Positions 11,001 to 19,529 of a stretch of DNA of 64,000 nucleotides are shown one piece after another. Position numbers and translations under genes: made by a program. This stretch comes from a virus. Its lineage: Duplodnaviria; Caudoviricetes. Numbering within the stretch: position 1 is the stretch's first letter; every line of letters begins with the position of its first letter. The notes beneath the pieces were generated by a model that had not been told where the DNA came from, did no database searches, and saw only the letters and a program-made list of their open reading frames with translations. The stretch is taken from positions 42,296 to 106,295 of the IMG/VR virus record IMGVR_UViG_3300025735_000007; one strand, 5' to 3'.

Positions 11001-12346
11001 GCGACGACACGACCAAGAACTCCTGGTGGTTTGGCGTGAGCGATGACGGCACTGCGTCGGGTGACAAGTGGAAGATCCAGCGCGCGGCGAGTGGCACTAC
11101 GTTTGCGTGGTCCGATCTGATCACAGTAACCGGCGCCGGCCGTGTGCTTGTTGGCACGTCGACGGACGACGGGTCGAACGTGCTGCAAGTGAATGGCCCG
11201 ACGAAAATCACTGGAGCGCTTTCAGTTACAGGGACATCGGCGCTCGGCACCGTGAACATGAGCGGCACCCTGAATATGACAGGCGGAGCAGTCGAGTTTG
11301 GCTCGACTACTGCCGTCATGACGCCGTTTATTGACTTCCACAGCTCTGGCACGGGTAACGACTACGACGCACGCATCATCGCAAGCGGCGGCAGTGCAAC
11401 AGTGGGCGCCGGGGCGCTCACCTATGTCGGCTCGAGCGGGCACTATTTTACGGGCAACGTTACGATCCAGCCCCCTTCCTCGTTTGCCATTATCACGCTC
11501 AAGACAGGGACGTATCAGCCGGTCATTCGTTCGAACGCTGCAACGGCATCGATTGAATTCGTCAACAGTGCCAACAGCGCAGTCAACCTGACGGTCTACG
11601 ACTCGGGCACCGTCGCCGCACGTGGGCAGCTCGTCGCGCCTACCGTGTCCGCGACTGGTGGGACTTCACAGTTTGCCGGGGCCGCGGTCAACGGCACCCT
11701 CTGGATTCAGAACCAAAACCAGATCGCACTGCAAGGAACAACCTACACAGCTTATTTGCGTGGCGACAACCAAGGCCTGTGCGGCTTCATCAATCAGGCT
11801 GGGAGCAACTGGAACTTCCAGATTTGGGATGATGGTCGCACGGTCCACCGTGGGTTGGCGACCTTCAACGGGAATGTCGCGCAGAGCTACCAGAACTTTG
11901 GCTACCTGAACTTCAGCGGCTCGGCTGTGAACAACGCGGCGGGATCGTGGGCCGTAGGCGTCAACGTAGACCAAGCGGTCACGGCCAACCAGTTCTTCGC
12001 ACTATCCGACAGACGCCTGAAAACAGAGATCAAGGCACTGGATGAGGCTGAAGCGATCCGGTTTGTGGAACAGGTCGAACCCAAGACCTATCTGAAGGAA
12101 GGCGTGCGGGAGCGCGGCTATCTCGCGCAAGACGTGGGCAAGGCGCTCGACGGCAGCGGCTGCGAGCTCCTGACCGTGAGCGAGCGCAAGGGCCTTGCCG
12201 AGGAGATCGATGAGGACGGCTTTGTGTCACCCGAGGATCACGTTCTGAACGTGGCACACAACCAGATCATCCCAATCCACTCCGCCGTGCTTCGCAATCT
12301 GTTGCGTCGTGTAGCGGAACTTGAAGCATTCAGGCAGGCGAAATGA
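8048..12346 (+). CDS. Long side tail fibre (Stf-like) with C-terminal peptidase S74 chaperone domain
   Basis: SETNAKT/Ala-Ser coiled-coil repeats, KNGDTMTG motif, five RxLVG..DDG.N.LQV modules, SDRRLKTEI autocleavage motif. Confidence 0.9.
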   Translation: MAQLKQVCTVTNGSQTVAVIGVNVAYRILANSIFMTSPDFVPYTVARDAQFDGTNTVVTLAAEYQGDSGAMAQGVFVTDFTYPDNIPLISQGDVGTAAIWTKAMYTLQAMIGSVTPAGLNAFIAQINQTQAAADADAAAALASQNAAKTSETNAKTSETSAAASQSAAATSATNAKTSETNAKTSETNSAASASASAGSATASSNSATAAAGSASAASTSASNASGSASAAAASKTAAGTSEANAKTSETNAAGSAAAALASQDAAKTSETNSKTSETNAKTSETNAKTSETNAKTSETNAAASATNAAVDRATVQGILTTMNALYLGNKASDPTVDNSGNALKQGAEYFNTTTQLLRVYTSTGWQNYDKDAQTQATNATASAAAAAGSASGAATSATNAHTSETNAAASAAAALASQNAAKTSETNAKTSETNAKSSETNAQTSESNAKTSETNAAASAAHADQVAQTIGNPVSKNGDTMTGQLGIAYAGATEILNDTSGSTQFGYGYQSGGTPLWAMWVATSKNWLLQRYANGVAVDNPISVSGSTGVVSMPSRVLVGAGADDGSNSLQVGGSMRADNYYMLAQGTGDAGTIGWGNSNGPAIGMYGSATGSAGAFVLKTAGVERVRLNGAGRLLVGTATDDGANLMQVNGNVSLVGAGPKITFNAAGPFVNSPSANVLALSNGSAEVFRLSAGGRLLVGTTTDDGANVLQVAGAAKVSGVLTATAGGTFSAAAFVDMVSTATTAQLSLKGSSGALSTESKLRFYGTFGTGSDLGTRLVASMRAGFNAGTWGKEYLDFYLNSASNDAQSDANQSRVLRLAYGGRVIVGTNAVDDGVNRLQVSGNVALSGAMKVGTYTQQVEINGDSYTAVNAYYDGTNWQRIDTTKPAWLFQSNVTNDMTFEGYKGLSWWVCQPGTNPIGNWGAANGWTLIQSYSQYHDVTLGGNGFEIDGNGTLPYGRFQHATVGGQKRTGVMTNAYIDESGRDDTTKNSWWFGVSDDGTASGDKWKIQRAASGTTFAWSDLITVTGAGRVLVGTSTDDGSNVLQVNGPTKITGALSVTGTSALGTVNMSGTLNMTGGAVEFGSTTAVMTPFIDFHSSGTGNDYDARIIASGGSATVGAGALTYVGSSGHYFTGNVTIQPPSSFAIITLKTGTYQPVIRSNAATASIEFVNSANSAVNLTVYDSGTVAARGQLVAPTVSATGGTSQFAGAAVNGTLWIQNQNQIALQGTTYTAYLRGDNQGLCGFINQAGSNWNFQIWDDGRTVHRGLATFNGNVAQSYQNFGYLNFSGSAVNNAAGSWAVGVNVDQAVTANQFFALSDRRLKTEIKALDEAEAIRFVEQVEPKTYLKEGVRERGYLAQDVGKALDGSGCELLTVSERKGLAEEIDEDGFVSPEDHVLNVAHNQIIPIHSAVLRNLLRRVAELEAFRQAK
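8480..9430 (+). repeat. 21-bp (SETNAKT) coding tandem repeats in tail fibre
   Basis: Multiple heptad repeats, e.g. five in tandem at 8852-8950. Confidence 0.85.
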
Positions 12347-12903
12347 CCATGTATTTCTTCCTTTATGACGACGCTGGCACGGTGCGCGGCTCAATGGACT
12401 TTCCTGACGGGACAGCCGCGCCTATGTCGAAAATGGTCGCCTGCACCGCAGAGCAGGCCGCGGCGATGTATCGCTACCGGGTGGACCTGACAGACACGCC
12501 CGCCGTCGTTGAGATTGATCCGGTCACCCTGCTCAAATCGCTCACGACCGATCTTGCTGCGTCGATCGACGCGAAGGTGGCGACAGTCTATGCGAACTGG
12601 ACGCGCTTCCAGCAGGAGTATCTACAGCGTGAAGCGGCCGCGCGCGCATACAAGGCGGCCGGCTACACCGGAGACGTCTCGATCTGGATCTCAGGATTTG
12701 CCAACGCCGCCGGCAAGACATCGCAGGAAGCTGCGGATCTCATCGTTGCGCAGGCAGATGGACTCTACGCAGCACTGTCGTCGCTCGGCGCGCTGCGTAT
12801 GCGCAAATACGAAGTCTTCACCGCGTCGGATTGCGACGCTGCATTCGCCGCACACGATGCGATTTCTGCCGAAATCGACACAGTTGCAGCAACCATCCAG
12901 TAA
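12343..12903 (+). CDS. Tail fibre assembly-like protein
   Basis: Follows fibre with ATGA overlap; EY.QREAAARAYKAAGY.G motif of fibre-associated proteins. Confidence 0.65.
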   Translation: MTMYFFLYDDAGTVRGSMDFPDGTAAPMSKMVACTAEQAAAMYRYRVDLTDTPAVVEIDPVTLLKSLTTDLAASIDAKVATVYANWTRFQQEYLQREAAARAYKAAGYTGDVSIWISGFANAAGKTSQEAADLIVAQADGLYAALSSLGALRMRKYEVFTASDCDAAFAAHDAISAEIDTVAATIQ

Positions 12904-12912
12904 AGGAGTCAC

Positions 12913-13377
12913 ATGAAGGTCGCATTTTTCAAAGGGCGCCATCCGGGTATCAAGGGCTGGCTGGGCGTCTTGACGAAGTGGTGGACACGCGGACCGTATA
13001 GCCACGCCGAGCTCGTCATGGCCTATGAGAGCGGCATGGCGGTCTGCTGGTCGTCTGCGTATCTCGACAAGGGCGTGCGCCGCACGGTGATCAAGCTCGA
13101 CCCCGCCGACTGGGACATCGTGGAGATCCCAACCACGTCCGAGCAGGAAGCCACAGCAATTGCGTGGTTTGAGGCGCATGTCGGGCAGCCGTATGACATC
13201 GCGGGCCTCTTCGGGTTTGTGTTCCGGCACCTCGAGGGCGAGAAGGGCAAGTGGTTCTGCTCGGAAGCGCTCGCCGAGGCGTTGGGCTACGCGGAGTCCT
13301 GGCGCTATGACCCGAACACGTTCGCGGCAGTGCTCGGCCACTGGGAGCGCCAGAGCGAGCTTCAATCACTGGCATAG
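12913..13377 (+). CDS. Permuted papain-like (YiiX/NlpC-P60) protein
   Basis: YSHAELV, GQPYD and WFCSE motifs with His before Cys. Confidence 0.7.
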   Translation: MKVAFFKGRHPGIKGWLGVLTKWWTRGPYSHAELVMAYESGMAVCWSSAYLDKGVRRTVIKLDPADWDIVEIPTTSEQEATAIAWFEAHVGQPYDIAGLFGFVFRHLEGEKGKWFCSEALAEALGYAESWRYDPNTFAAVLGHWERQSELQSLA

Positions 13378-13378
13378 A

Positions 13379-13396
13379 TAAGTCACACCAGACTTA
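13379..13396. promoter_or_regulatory. Palindromic operator
   Basis: TAAGTCA-CACC-AGACTTA. Confidence 0.7.
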
Positions 13397-13465
13397 CTGT
13401 AATCTACGGAAGAGCGGTCATCCCGGCCGCCTCCCACTTCTTCGTTTCACCTTCAGGAGTTTCAC

Positions 13466-13813
13466 ATGGCAATCAGCAAGCAGATCACCCAGGATGCGAC
13501 CGGCGTCGTCGTCGGCTACCACGTTGTGCTGAGCGTAACGCTCGACAAGGCGAGCAAGATGACGACCGGCGCGGTGTCGAGCTTTGTCTCGGCCGATGCC
13601 AAGTCCGCTGGCAAGCAACCGGTCGGCTATCCGGTGCACATCACGGTGCCCGGTCTACCCGGCGCGAAGGAAGAGGCGTTCAACTTCTTCGAGAAGCAGG
13701 TGACGGCAGCGCAACCTACCGACGGCGACGGCGGCGGCAATCCGATGGCGGTCAATTCCTTCGGCGACGTGCGTTACATGTTCGCCGACGGCACGGTCGT
13801 CGCGGACGTTTGA
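13466..13813 (+). CDS. Hypothetical protein (tail-associated)
   Basis: AGGAG RBS, 115-aa ORF. Confidence 0.6.
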   Translation: MAISKQITQDATGVVVGYHVVLSVTLDKASKMTTGAVSSFVSADAKSAGKQPVGYPVHITVPGLPGAKEEAFNFFEKQVTAAQPTDGDGGGNPMAVNSFGDVRYMFADGTVVADV

Positions 13814-13815
13814 AA

Positions 13816-13833
13816 TAAGTAAGCGGTGACTGG
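13816..13833. promoter_or_regulatory. Palindromic operator upstream of lysis cassette
   Basis: TAAGTAA-GCGG-TGACTGG. Confidence 0.65.
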
Positions 13834-13896
13834 ACATAGGCGATGGTGTCTTGTTAACATCGCCTCTTACACACCATTCTGCGAGAGAGCGACGGC

Positions 13897-14229
13897 ATGG
13901 GCTTCACTGACCCGAAAGACCAGGAGAACCTGATGACCATCGCGAAGGAAGTAGCGAAGGCCACCGTCGAAGAGATGGGGCTAAAGCTGCGCGAGCGGGA
14001 TGAGGAGCTCCGGGAAAGCATCGTCGAAGACGTGCGCAAAGAGCTCAAGTCGTATTTTGGCGACCAGTCACCTTCAGACCACCTCATCCAGCACAACCGC
14101 ATCGACAAGCTGCTCAACTGGATCGACAACCTCGGGAAAAACTTCTGGGGCGGACTCATCGCCGGCACCGTTAAGTTCCTTGTGGTCGCGATCATTGGCG
14201 CGGCCGTCTTCTCGAAATACAAAGGCTGA
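13897..14229 (+). CDS. Membrane-anchored lysis-region protein (holin/antiholin-like)
   Basis: Coiled N-terminus, C-terminal TM helix; first gene of lysis cassette. Confidence 0.5.
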   Translation: MGFTDPKDQENLMTIAKEVAKATVEEMGLKLRERDEELRESIVEDVRKELKSYFGDQSPSDHLIQHNRIDKLLNWIDNLGKNFWGGLIAGTVKFLVVAIIGAAVFSKYKG

Positions 14230-14232
14230 CAC

Positions 14233-14556
14233 ATGCGCTTCATCCAAACCCTCAAGACCCTCGTCGACGATCGCCTGCTGATCATGCTGATCCCGGCGCT
14301 CGTTGTGCTCACGTTTGATACGGCGGTGCTCTTCAGCCTCGCCTACGCGATCGCCATTGTGGTTGCTATCGTCGCGGTCGCCCACTCGTTGCGCCTGCTC
14401 CTGCTGCCCTATGTGAGCATGCGCCAGCTGGTTGACATGGCGTCGCAGTCGCCCGGCTCCTCTGCCTGCGTGTTCGTCGCCGTTCTCTGCTTCATGGGCC
14501 TCGTCGTGCATTCGATGGTCGCCTGGATTCAGGCTGCTGCCGGTCATGTTGCCTAA
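14233..14556 (+). CDS. Putative holin
   Basis: 107 aa with ~3 hydrophobic segments, directly upstream of endolysin. Confidence 0.65.
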   Translation: MRFIQTLKTLVDDRLLIMLIPALVVLTFDTAVLFSLAYAIAIVVAIVAVAHSLRLLLLPYVSMRQLVDMASQSPGSSACVFVAVLCFMGLVVHSMVAWIQAAAGHVA

Positions 14557-15160
14557 ACTCGCGGCCCTTTACGCGCCGGTGCTCGCAGCGCAGATCGTCG
14601 CGCTGTGGCCGGCTATGCCCACCCCCTCCACGCTCGCCGCGCAGGTGGAGCAGGAGACGTGCGTGTCGCTGACGTCGAAGGGCTGCTGGAACCCGAAGAC
14701 CGAACTGAAGACGAGCCGCGAATATGGTTTCGGCCTCGGGCAGTTGACGGTCACGCCGAAGTTCAACAACTTCGAGGCAGCAAAGGGTTGGGACAAGTCG
14801 CTCAGGGGCTGGAAGTGGGAAGACCGGTTCGACCCGAAGATGCAGCTCGCCGCGCTTGTCGCCTACGACCGCAATCTCTTCCGGTCGATCAGCTTTGCCG
14901 CGACGCCGGAAGACCGGCTTCAGTTCACCTTCAGTGCCTACAACGGCGGTTTGGGCGGCGTCATCAACGACCGGCACGTCTGCATGGCGACCAAGGGCTG
15001 TGACCCGGGCAAGTGGTTCGGCAACGTCGAGCTCACGAGCCTGAAAGCGCGCACTGCCGTCAAGGGCTACGGCCAGTCGTTCTATCAAATCAACCGCGGC
15101 TATGTGCGATCGATCTGGTTCGATCGGCGCCAGCGCTACCTGTTCATGGATACGAAATGA
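14546..15160 (+). CDS. Endolysin, lytic transglycosylase (SLT-like)
   Basis: AQVEQET catalytic Glu, GLGQ and SAYNGG motifs. Confidence 0.85.
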   Translation: MLPKLAALYAPVLAAQIVALWPAMPTPSTLAAQVEQETCVSLTSKGCWNPKTELKTSREYGFGLGQLTVTPKFNNFEAAKGWDKSLRGWKWEDRFDPKMQLAALVAYDRNLFRSISFAATPEDRLQFTFSAYNGGLGGVINDRHVCMATKGCDPGKWFGNVELTSLKARTAVKGYGQSFYQINRGYVRSIWFDRRQRYLFMDTK

Positions 15161-15747
15161 GAACTCTGGCTCTGCAGATCCTTCTCGCCATCGCCGTCTT
15201 CGCCGGCGGCTACGCGTGCGGTCACCACGGCGCACAGGTCGCACAGCTCAAGGCGGAAGTGAAAGCCGATCACGTCGTCGCACAGGAGAACGCCGGAGGC
15301 GTGCAGAAAGCGCAGACGCAGAGCGTGAAAACCGAGACGAAGGTGGCCGCCATCGCCACCAACGTTGACACCAACAAGGCAGCCATCGCCAGGCGCGTCG
15401 CGGCCTCGATCAAGCGCCAGGCGCCTGCCGTCACCACGGAGAAACACGATGAAACGACACCTGCTGAGTCTGGTTGTGGCTTTTATCTCGACACTGGCAC
15501 TGTGCGCATGCTCAACGCCAGTCGTCAGGGAGCCGCTTTTCATTCCGCCGGCGGCGGGGATGAAGCGCTCGACGCCGCTCCAGCCCTTTGCTTTACCGAC
15601 TTCATCGACGCAGACCAAGACCTGACGAAGCTCTACCTCGACCTCGCCGCACGCCACGACGCGCTGGTCGAGTCGGTGGAGGAGTTCCAGGCAGGGCAGC
15701 GCAAACGGCTCGGGATCAAGGAGTCCGCTGACGCGTCGCGCGAGTAA
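15157..15747 (+). CDS. Inner-membrane spanin (Rz-like)
   Basis: N-terminal TM segment then helical periplasmic domain; follows endolysin. Confidence 0.7.
   Translation: MRTLALQILLAIAVFAGGYACGHHGAQVAQLKAEVKADHVVAQENAGGVQKAQTQSVKTETKVAAIATNVDTNKAAIARRVAASIKRQAPAVTTEKHDETTPAESGCGFYLDTGTVRMLNASRQGAAFHSAGGGDEALDAAPALCFTDFIDADQDLTKLYLDLAARHDALVESVEEFQAGQRKRLGIKESADASRE
15449..15625 (+). CDS. Outer-membrane spanin lipoprotein (Rz1-like), embedded in +1 frame
   Basis: GGAG RBS, MKRHLLSLVVAFISTLALCAC lipoprotein signal, Pro-rich mature part. Confidence 0.75.
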   Translation: MKRHLLSLVVAFISTLALCACSTPVVREPLFIPPAAGMKRSTPLQPFALPTSSTQTKT

Positions 15748-15751
15748 CGAC

Positions 15752-15774
15752 ACGGCCCCACGCGGGCCGTTTTT
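15752..15774 (+). terminator. Rho-independent terminator after lysis cassette
   Basis: ACGGCCC-cacgc-GGGCCGT followed by TTTT. Confidence 0.75.
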
Positions 15775-15801
15775 CATTTCCCCACGGCAGGAGTAACACA
15801 G

Positions 15802-16563
15802 ATGGCAAAGCAGCAGAGCAAGCGCTTCGAGGCGCGCGAGACGAGGCGGCGTGGTGACGTCCAGGCCCAGCCCACCGACTATGAGGCACGGGGTAAAGTC
15901 GTCAAACCCTGCAATGAGCCGATCCGGGCACGCACCGACGCGCAGGCCCGCTACATCGCGTCCATCAAGAGCAAGACCATCACCTTCGCAACGGGACCAG
16001 CAGGCACGGGCAAGACTTGGTTGTGCGCGTCGCTGGCCGCAGATGCGCTGCGCGACAAGCAGATCGAAAAGATCATCGTCACGCGGCCGGCGGTCGAAGC
16101 GGGCGAGAGTCTCGGCTTCTTGCCGGGCGAAATGGAAGACAAATTCGGCCACTACCTGATCCCGTTCGAGGAAGCGCTGATCGAGCGGCTCGGCACGGGT
16201 GCCTACGAGTATCACAAGCGCATGGGCAATATCGAGGGCGCGCCGCTCGCCTACATGCGCGGTCGCACGTTCAAGAACGCATTGGTCATCCTCGACGAGG
16301 CACAGAACACGACGCCCGAGCAGATGAAGATGTTCCTCACGCGCATCGGCGAGGGCTCCCGGATGGTGGTCAACGGCGACACCGGTCAGGTCGACATTCG
16401 CGGCAAATCGGGCCTGCAGGATGCGGTCGAGCGCGTGACGTGGATTCCGACGATCGGACATGTCCGCTTTGAGCGGAAGGATGTGGTTCGCCACGGCGTG
16501 ATTCAGGAGATTCTCGAGAGCTATGCCAAGCCGGTAGAGATGGAGCTTCCCCGAGCCGCGTGA
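15802..16563 (+). CDS. phoH: PhoH-family ATPase
   Basis: GPAGTGKT, RPAVEAGESLGFLPG, YMRGRTF, DEAQN, GD..QVD motifs. Confidence 0.95.
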   Translation: MAKQQSKRFEARETRRRGDVQAQPTDYEARGKVVKPCNEPIRARTDAQARYIASIKSKTITFATGPAGTGKTWLCASLAADALRDKQIEKIIVTRPAVEAGESLGFLPGEMEDKFGHYLIPFEEALIERLGTGAYEYHKRMGNIEGAPLAYMRGRTFKNALVILDEAQNTTPEQMKMFLTRIGEGSRMVVNGDTGQVDIRGKSGLQDAVERVTWIPTIGHVRFERKDVVRHGVIQEILESYAKPVEMELPRAA

Positions 16564-16696
16564 TCTTCAGGAAGGAGGGGAGTGGAGCACTTGGGGCTCG
16601 GCAGCACTTCCCTCTATATCTAACCCTTCTTTGAATCTTTCTATACTGATAAGCATTGACTTATCTTAATTTTAGGGAACCGCGAGGAAGCCCGAA

Positions 16697-17383
16697 GTGA
16701 TCCAACCCACGTTTTACGGCAGCGCGCTCACCGTAGCGGACTGCGAAATGCTTGCGCTGACCCGCGTCGATCCCTCGCTGCGGGTGGCAGAAGCGTTGCT
16801 CTATACCCGCAAGTGGTTCGATGTGCGCCACCTGCACCCGGTGCAGGCCACCTATCTGTTTGCCCACGAATACGCCGAAGCGGTGCGCCGTGCGTATGCC
16901 CGGCAGAAAGACATTCGCACGCTCGAGAAGGTCCGGGGTTTTGACGTGGAGAGTCTGTTTGCCTCACGCGAGCTGACGGCGATGTGGCGAGCCCGCCAAG
17001 CCTTTGACGCGATCGGCTGCCGCTATGAGTTCGCGCTCGAATTCATCATGAAGCGATTCTGTGACCGCGGCTGGCGAGTCTTCCCGCGGCCCAACCAACT
17101 CTACGCCGAAGAGATCGTCCTCGACGTGCGCGACGCGTGGCACCGGGAGTGCAAGGCGGTCACGCAGCTGGCAAAGCATGAGCGCTTTGACACGCGCAAT
17201 TTCACTGGCCACCCCGACCAGCTGGCCTACCAGGCATGGCAGATCGAGCAGGTCGGGACTCGTGGCGGCAACCGGGCGATGCTGCTTGGCCGGCTGCTGC
17301 AGGAGCGCGCGCTGTCCGAGCAGACCGTCACCGAGGCGTTCGGTGCGTCCGTGCTCGCCCAATCCAAGCGCTTCATCGTTTGA
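16697..17383 (+). CDS. Hypothetical protein upstream of replication genes
   Basis: GAGG RBS, GTG start, 228-aa ORF. Confidence 0.65.
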   Translation: MIQPTFYGSALTVADCEMLALTRVDPSLRVAEALLYTRKWFDVRHLHPVQATYLFAHEYAEAVRRAYARQKDIRTLEKVRGFDVESLFASRELTAMWRARQAFDAIGCRYEFALEFIMKRFCDRGWRVFPRPNQLYAEEIVLDVRDAWHRECKAVTQLAKHERFDTRNFTGHPDQLAYQAWQIEQVGTRGGNRAMLLGRLLQERALSEQTVTEAFGASVLAQSKRFIV

Positions 17384-17389
17384 TGCCAA

Positions 17390-17407
17390 TAAGTAACAAA
17401 TTACTAT
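17390..17407. promoter_or_regulatory. Palindromic operator overlapping TATACT, upstream of hfq-like/dnaB
   Basis: TAAGTAA-CAAA-TTACTAT. Confidence 0.75.
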
Positions 17408-17459
17408 ACTTTAGTGCAGACGGGTTAACCGTCCCATTTAATTCATCCCGGAGATTCAC

Positions 17460-17918
17460 ATGAGCACCCCCGAACAAGCCCGCGCCGAACAACTCGCTTA
17501 TGGCCGCAGCACGCTGCGCACGTCCAGCGAATACCGCGGCCGCGCCGATACCGCCACGCGCCCCTATGAACGCTCGTCCGGCACGCAGCGCGCGCCGCTG
17601 CGCGTCGTCGGCTCGAAGGGCCACGACGTCATTCTGAAGGCCATGCAGGAGAACGGCCAGCATGCGACGATCATCACCCTGGACGGCGAGAAGTTCGAAG
17701 GCGTGGTCACGGGCCGCGACAAGTTCACGATCACGCTGAAGACCAAGCATCCGGACGTTCTTCGCGCAGGGCGCGGCGAGACGATTCGCCGCGTGTTCTA
17801 CAAGAGCGCCATCGAGCAGTTCTGGGGCGAGGAAGCGCGTCGCGACATTCACGACACGACCCGCGACGAAGAAGGCATCGCTGATCTGAAGGCGCTCTCG
17901 AAAGCGGTGGTGAACTGA
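17460..17918 (+). CDS. Hfq-like (Sm/LSm fold) RNA-binding protein
   Basis: HDVILKAM...DGEKFEGVVTGRDKFTITL (Sm1) and RVFYKSAI (Sm2; compare YKHAI). Confidence 0.75.
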   Translation: MSTPEQARAEQLAYGRSTLRTSSEYRGRADTATRPYERSSGTQRAPLRVVGSKGHDVILKAMQENGQHATIITLDGEKFEGVVTGRDKFTITLKTKHPDVLRAGRGETIRRVFYKSAIEQFWGEEARRDIHDTTRDEEGIADLKALSKAVVN

Positions 17919-19312
17919 TGTCGGCCGCCGCACCTGCACTGAGCGTAGTGCCGGCGGCGAGCGCGGCGGAAGAACCCGCAGTTGAGAAATTTAATTTCGA
18001 CGGCGAGTTCCAGGCACGCATCGCCGCACTGACCTTGCGCGACACGACGTTCAACCAGCTCGTCGACGGATTGCTCAAGCCTGAATACTTCGAGTCCGAG
18101 ATCGAGGCGTATCTCGTGGGCGTCGTGCTGCGCTACTACGGGAAATACAAGAAGGCGCCCGCCGGGCTTCCCATCTACGCGATGCTGATCCGTGAAGACC
18201 TCGAGGCGAAGGTGCTGCCCAAAGCGCTCGCCACCGCGGCTGTGGGGCGGCTCAAGGAGCTCTTCTCGGTCGATATTTCGGATCGCGACTACGTGGTCGA
18301 TCAGGTCGCCACGTTCGCCCGCCATCAGGCGGTGCAGGACGCGATGTATAAGGCGATTCACAAGCTCGACAAGAAAGACTTTGACGGCATCGCGTCGGTC
18401 ATGCGCACGGCGCTCGACGTGGGTGCCAACCAGGACGGCGACTGCTACGACTTCGCCGAAATGGTCGATCACCGCACGGGCATCCGGCTCGAGCGCGCGG
18501 CGGGCAAGCTGCCGCCGATGGGCATCACAACGGGCTACAGGCCGATCGACGAGCTCCTGTATCACAAGGGCTGGGGAAAGAAGGAGCTCTCCGTCATTCT
18601 CGGAGGCGCAAAGGCCGGCAAGACGACCGCGCTGATCGACTTCGGCATCAACGCGTGGGCAGACGGCAAGAACGTGCTGTATGCGTCGCTTGAAGTCGGC
18701 CGCGATGTGATCGCCGACCGGATGGACTCGAACATCAGCGCGCAGGCGATGATGGAAATGCACCACCACACGCACGAGGTCCGCGCGAAGGTGGCCGAGT
18801 TCGCGCAGAAGGCGTTGCGCGCCGACGGCTCTAAGGCGAAGTTCATTGTCCACGAGTTCCCGACCGGCTCGCTGAAGGTATCGGACCTGCGTCGCTTGAT
18901 CGAGCGCTACCGCTCGCAAGGCATCCTGTTCGATCTGGTCGTGGTCGACTACGCGGACCTGATGTGCCCGGAGCGTCACACCGACAGCGCGGTCGAGAAC
19001 TCCAAGTCGATCTACGTGGATCTGCGCGGTCTCGCGATTCGCGAAGAACTCGCCGTGCTTACTGCGACACAATCGAACCGCAACGGGATCAACGCGAACA
19101 TCATCAAGGCCGAGCACGTCGCAGACGACTTCAACAAGATTCGTATCGCCGACATCGTGATCTCGATCAACCGCACGGATGAAGAACGCGCGGCCGGCAA
19201 GGCGCGACTCTACTTCGCCGCGTCGCGTAATCAGGGCGGGGAGTTTACGATTGAGATCGAGCAGGCGTTGGACCGGATGAAGTTCATTACCCGCGTGCTC
19301 GGATTCGTTTAA
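17918..19312 (+). CDS. Replicative DnaB-like helicase
   Basis: GGAKAGKT Walker A, SLE, VVVDYADLM, ATQSNR motifs. Confidence 0.92.
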   Translation: MSAAAPALSVVPAASAAEEPAVEKFNFDGEFQARIAALTLRDTTFNQLVDGLLKPEYFESEIEAYLVGVVLRYYGKYKKAPAGLPIYAMLIREDLEAKVLPKALATAAVGRLKELFSVDISDRDYVVDQVATFARHQAVQDAMYKAIHKLDKKDFDGIASVMRTALDVGANQDGDCYDFAEMVDHRTGIRLERAAGKLPPMGITTGYRPIDELLYHKGWGKKELSVILGGAKAGKTTALIDFGINAWADGKNVLYASLEVGRDVIADRMDSNISAQAMMEMHHHTHEVRAKVAEFAQKALRADGSKAKFIVHEFPTGSLKVSDLRRLIERYRSQGILFDLVVVDYADLMCPERHTDSAVENSKSIYVDLRGLAIREELAVLTATQSNRNGINANIIKAEHVADDFNKIRIADIVISINRTDEERAAGKARLYFAASRNQGGEFTIEIEQALDRMKFITRVLGFV

Positions 19313-19322
19313 GGAGGGATCA

Positions 19323-19529
19323 ATGGCTGCATTGACAGGGCGGGCGCTTTTTCTCGAAAAGTCAGCGCTTCACGATTTGCTCGACGAGCTGGAAGAGGCC
19401 GACTACAAAACGTCGACCGTGGAGGAGTTCAGTTCGCTGGGTGAGGCGATGATTGCCGCCGGCATGACCGGCATCGCCGAGAAGCTGCGCAGTCTCAAGG
19501 CAGCAGTGGCAGGCGAGTATGGCGACTGA
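19323..19529 (+). CDS. Hypothetical protein
   Basis: AGGAGG RBS; 68 aa between helicase and primase. Confidence 0.6.
   Translation: MAALTGRALFLEKSALHDLLDELEEADYKTSTVEEFSSLGEAMIAAGMTGIAEKLRSLKAAVAGEYGD

Noticed and set aside
8048-12903. DGR or invertase-driven tail fibre switching
   Set aside because: No reverse transcriptase, template repeat, invertase or inverted fibre cassette in the window
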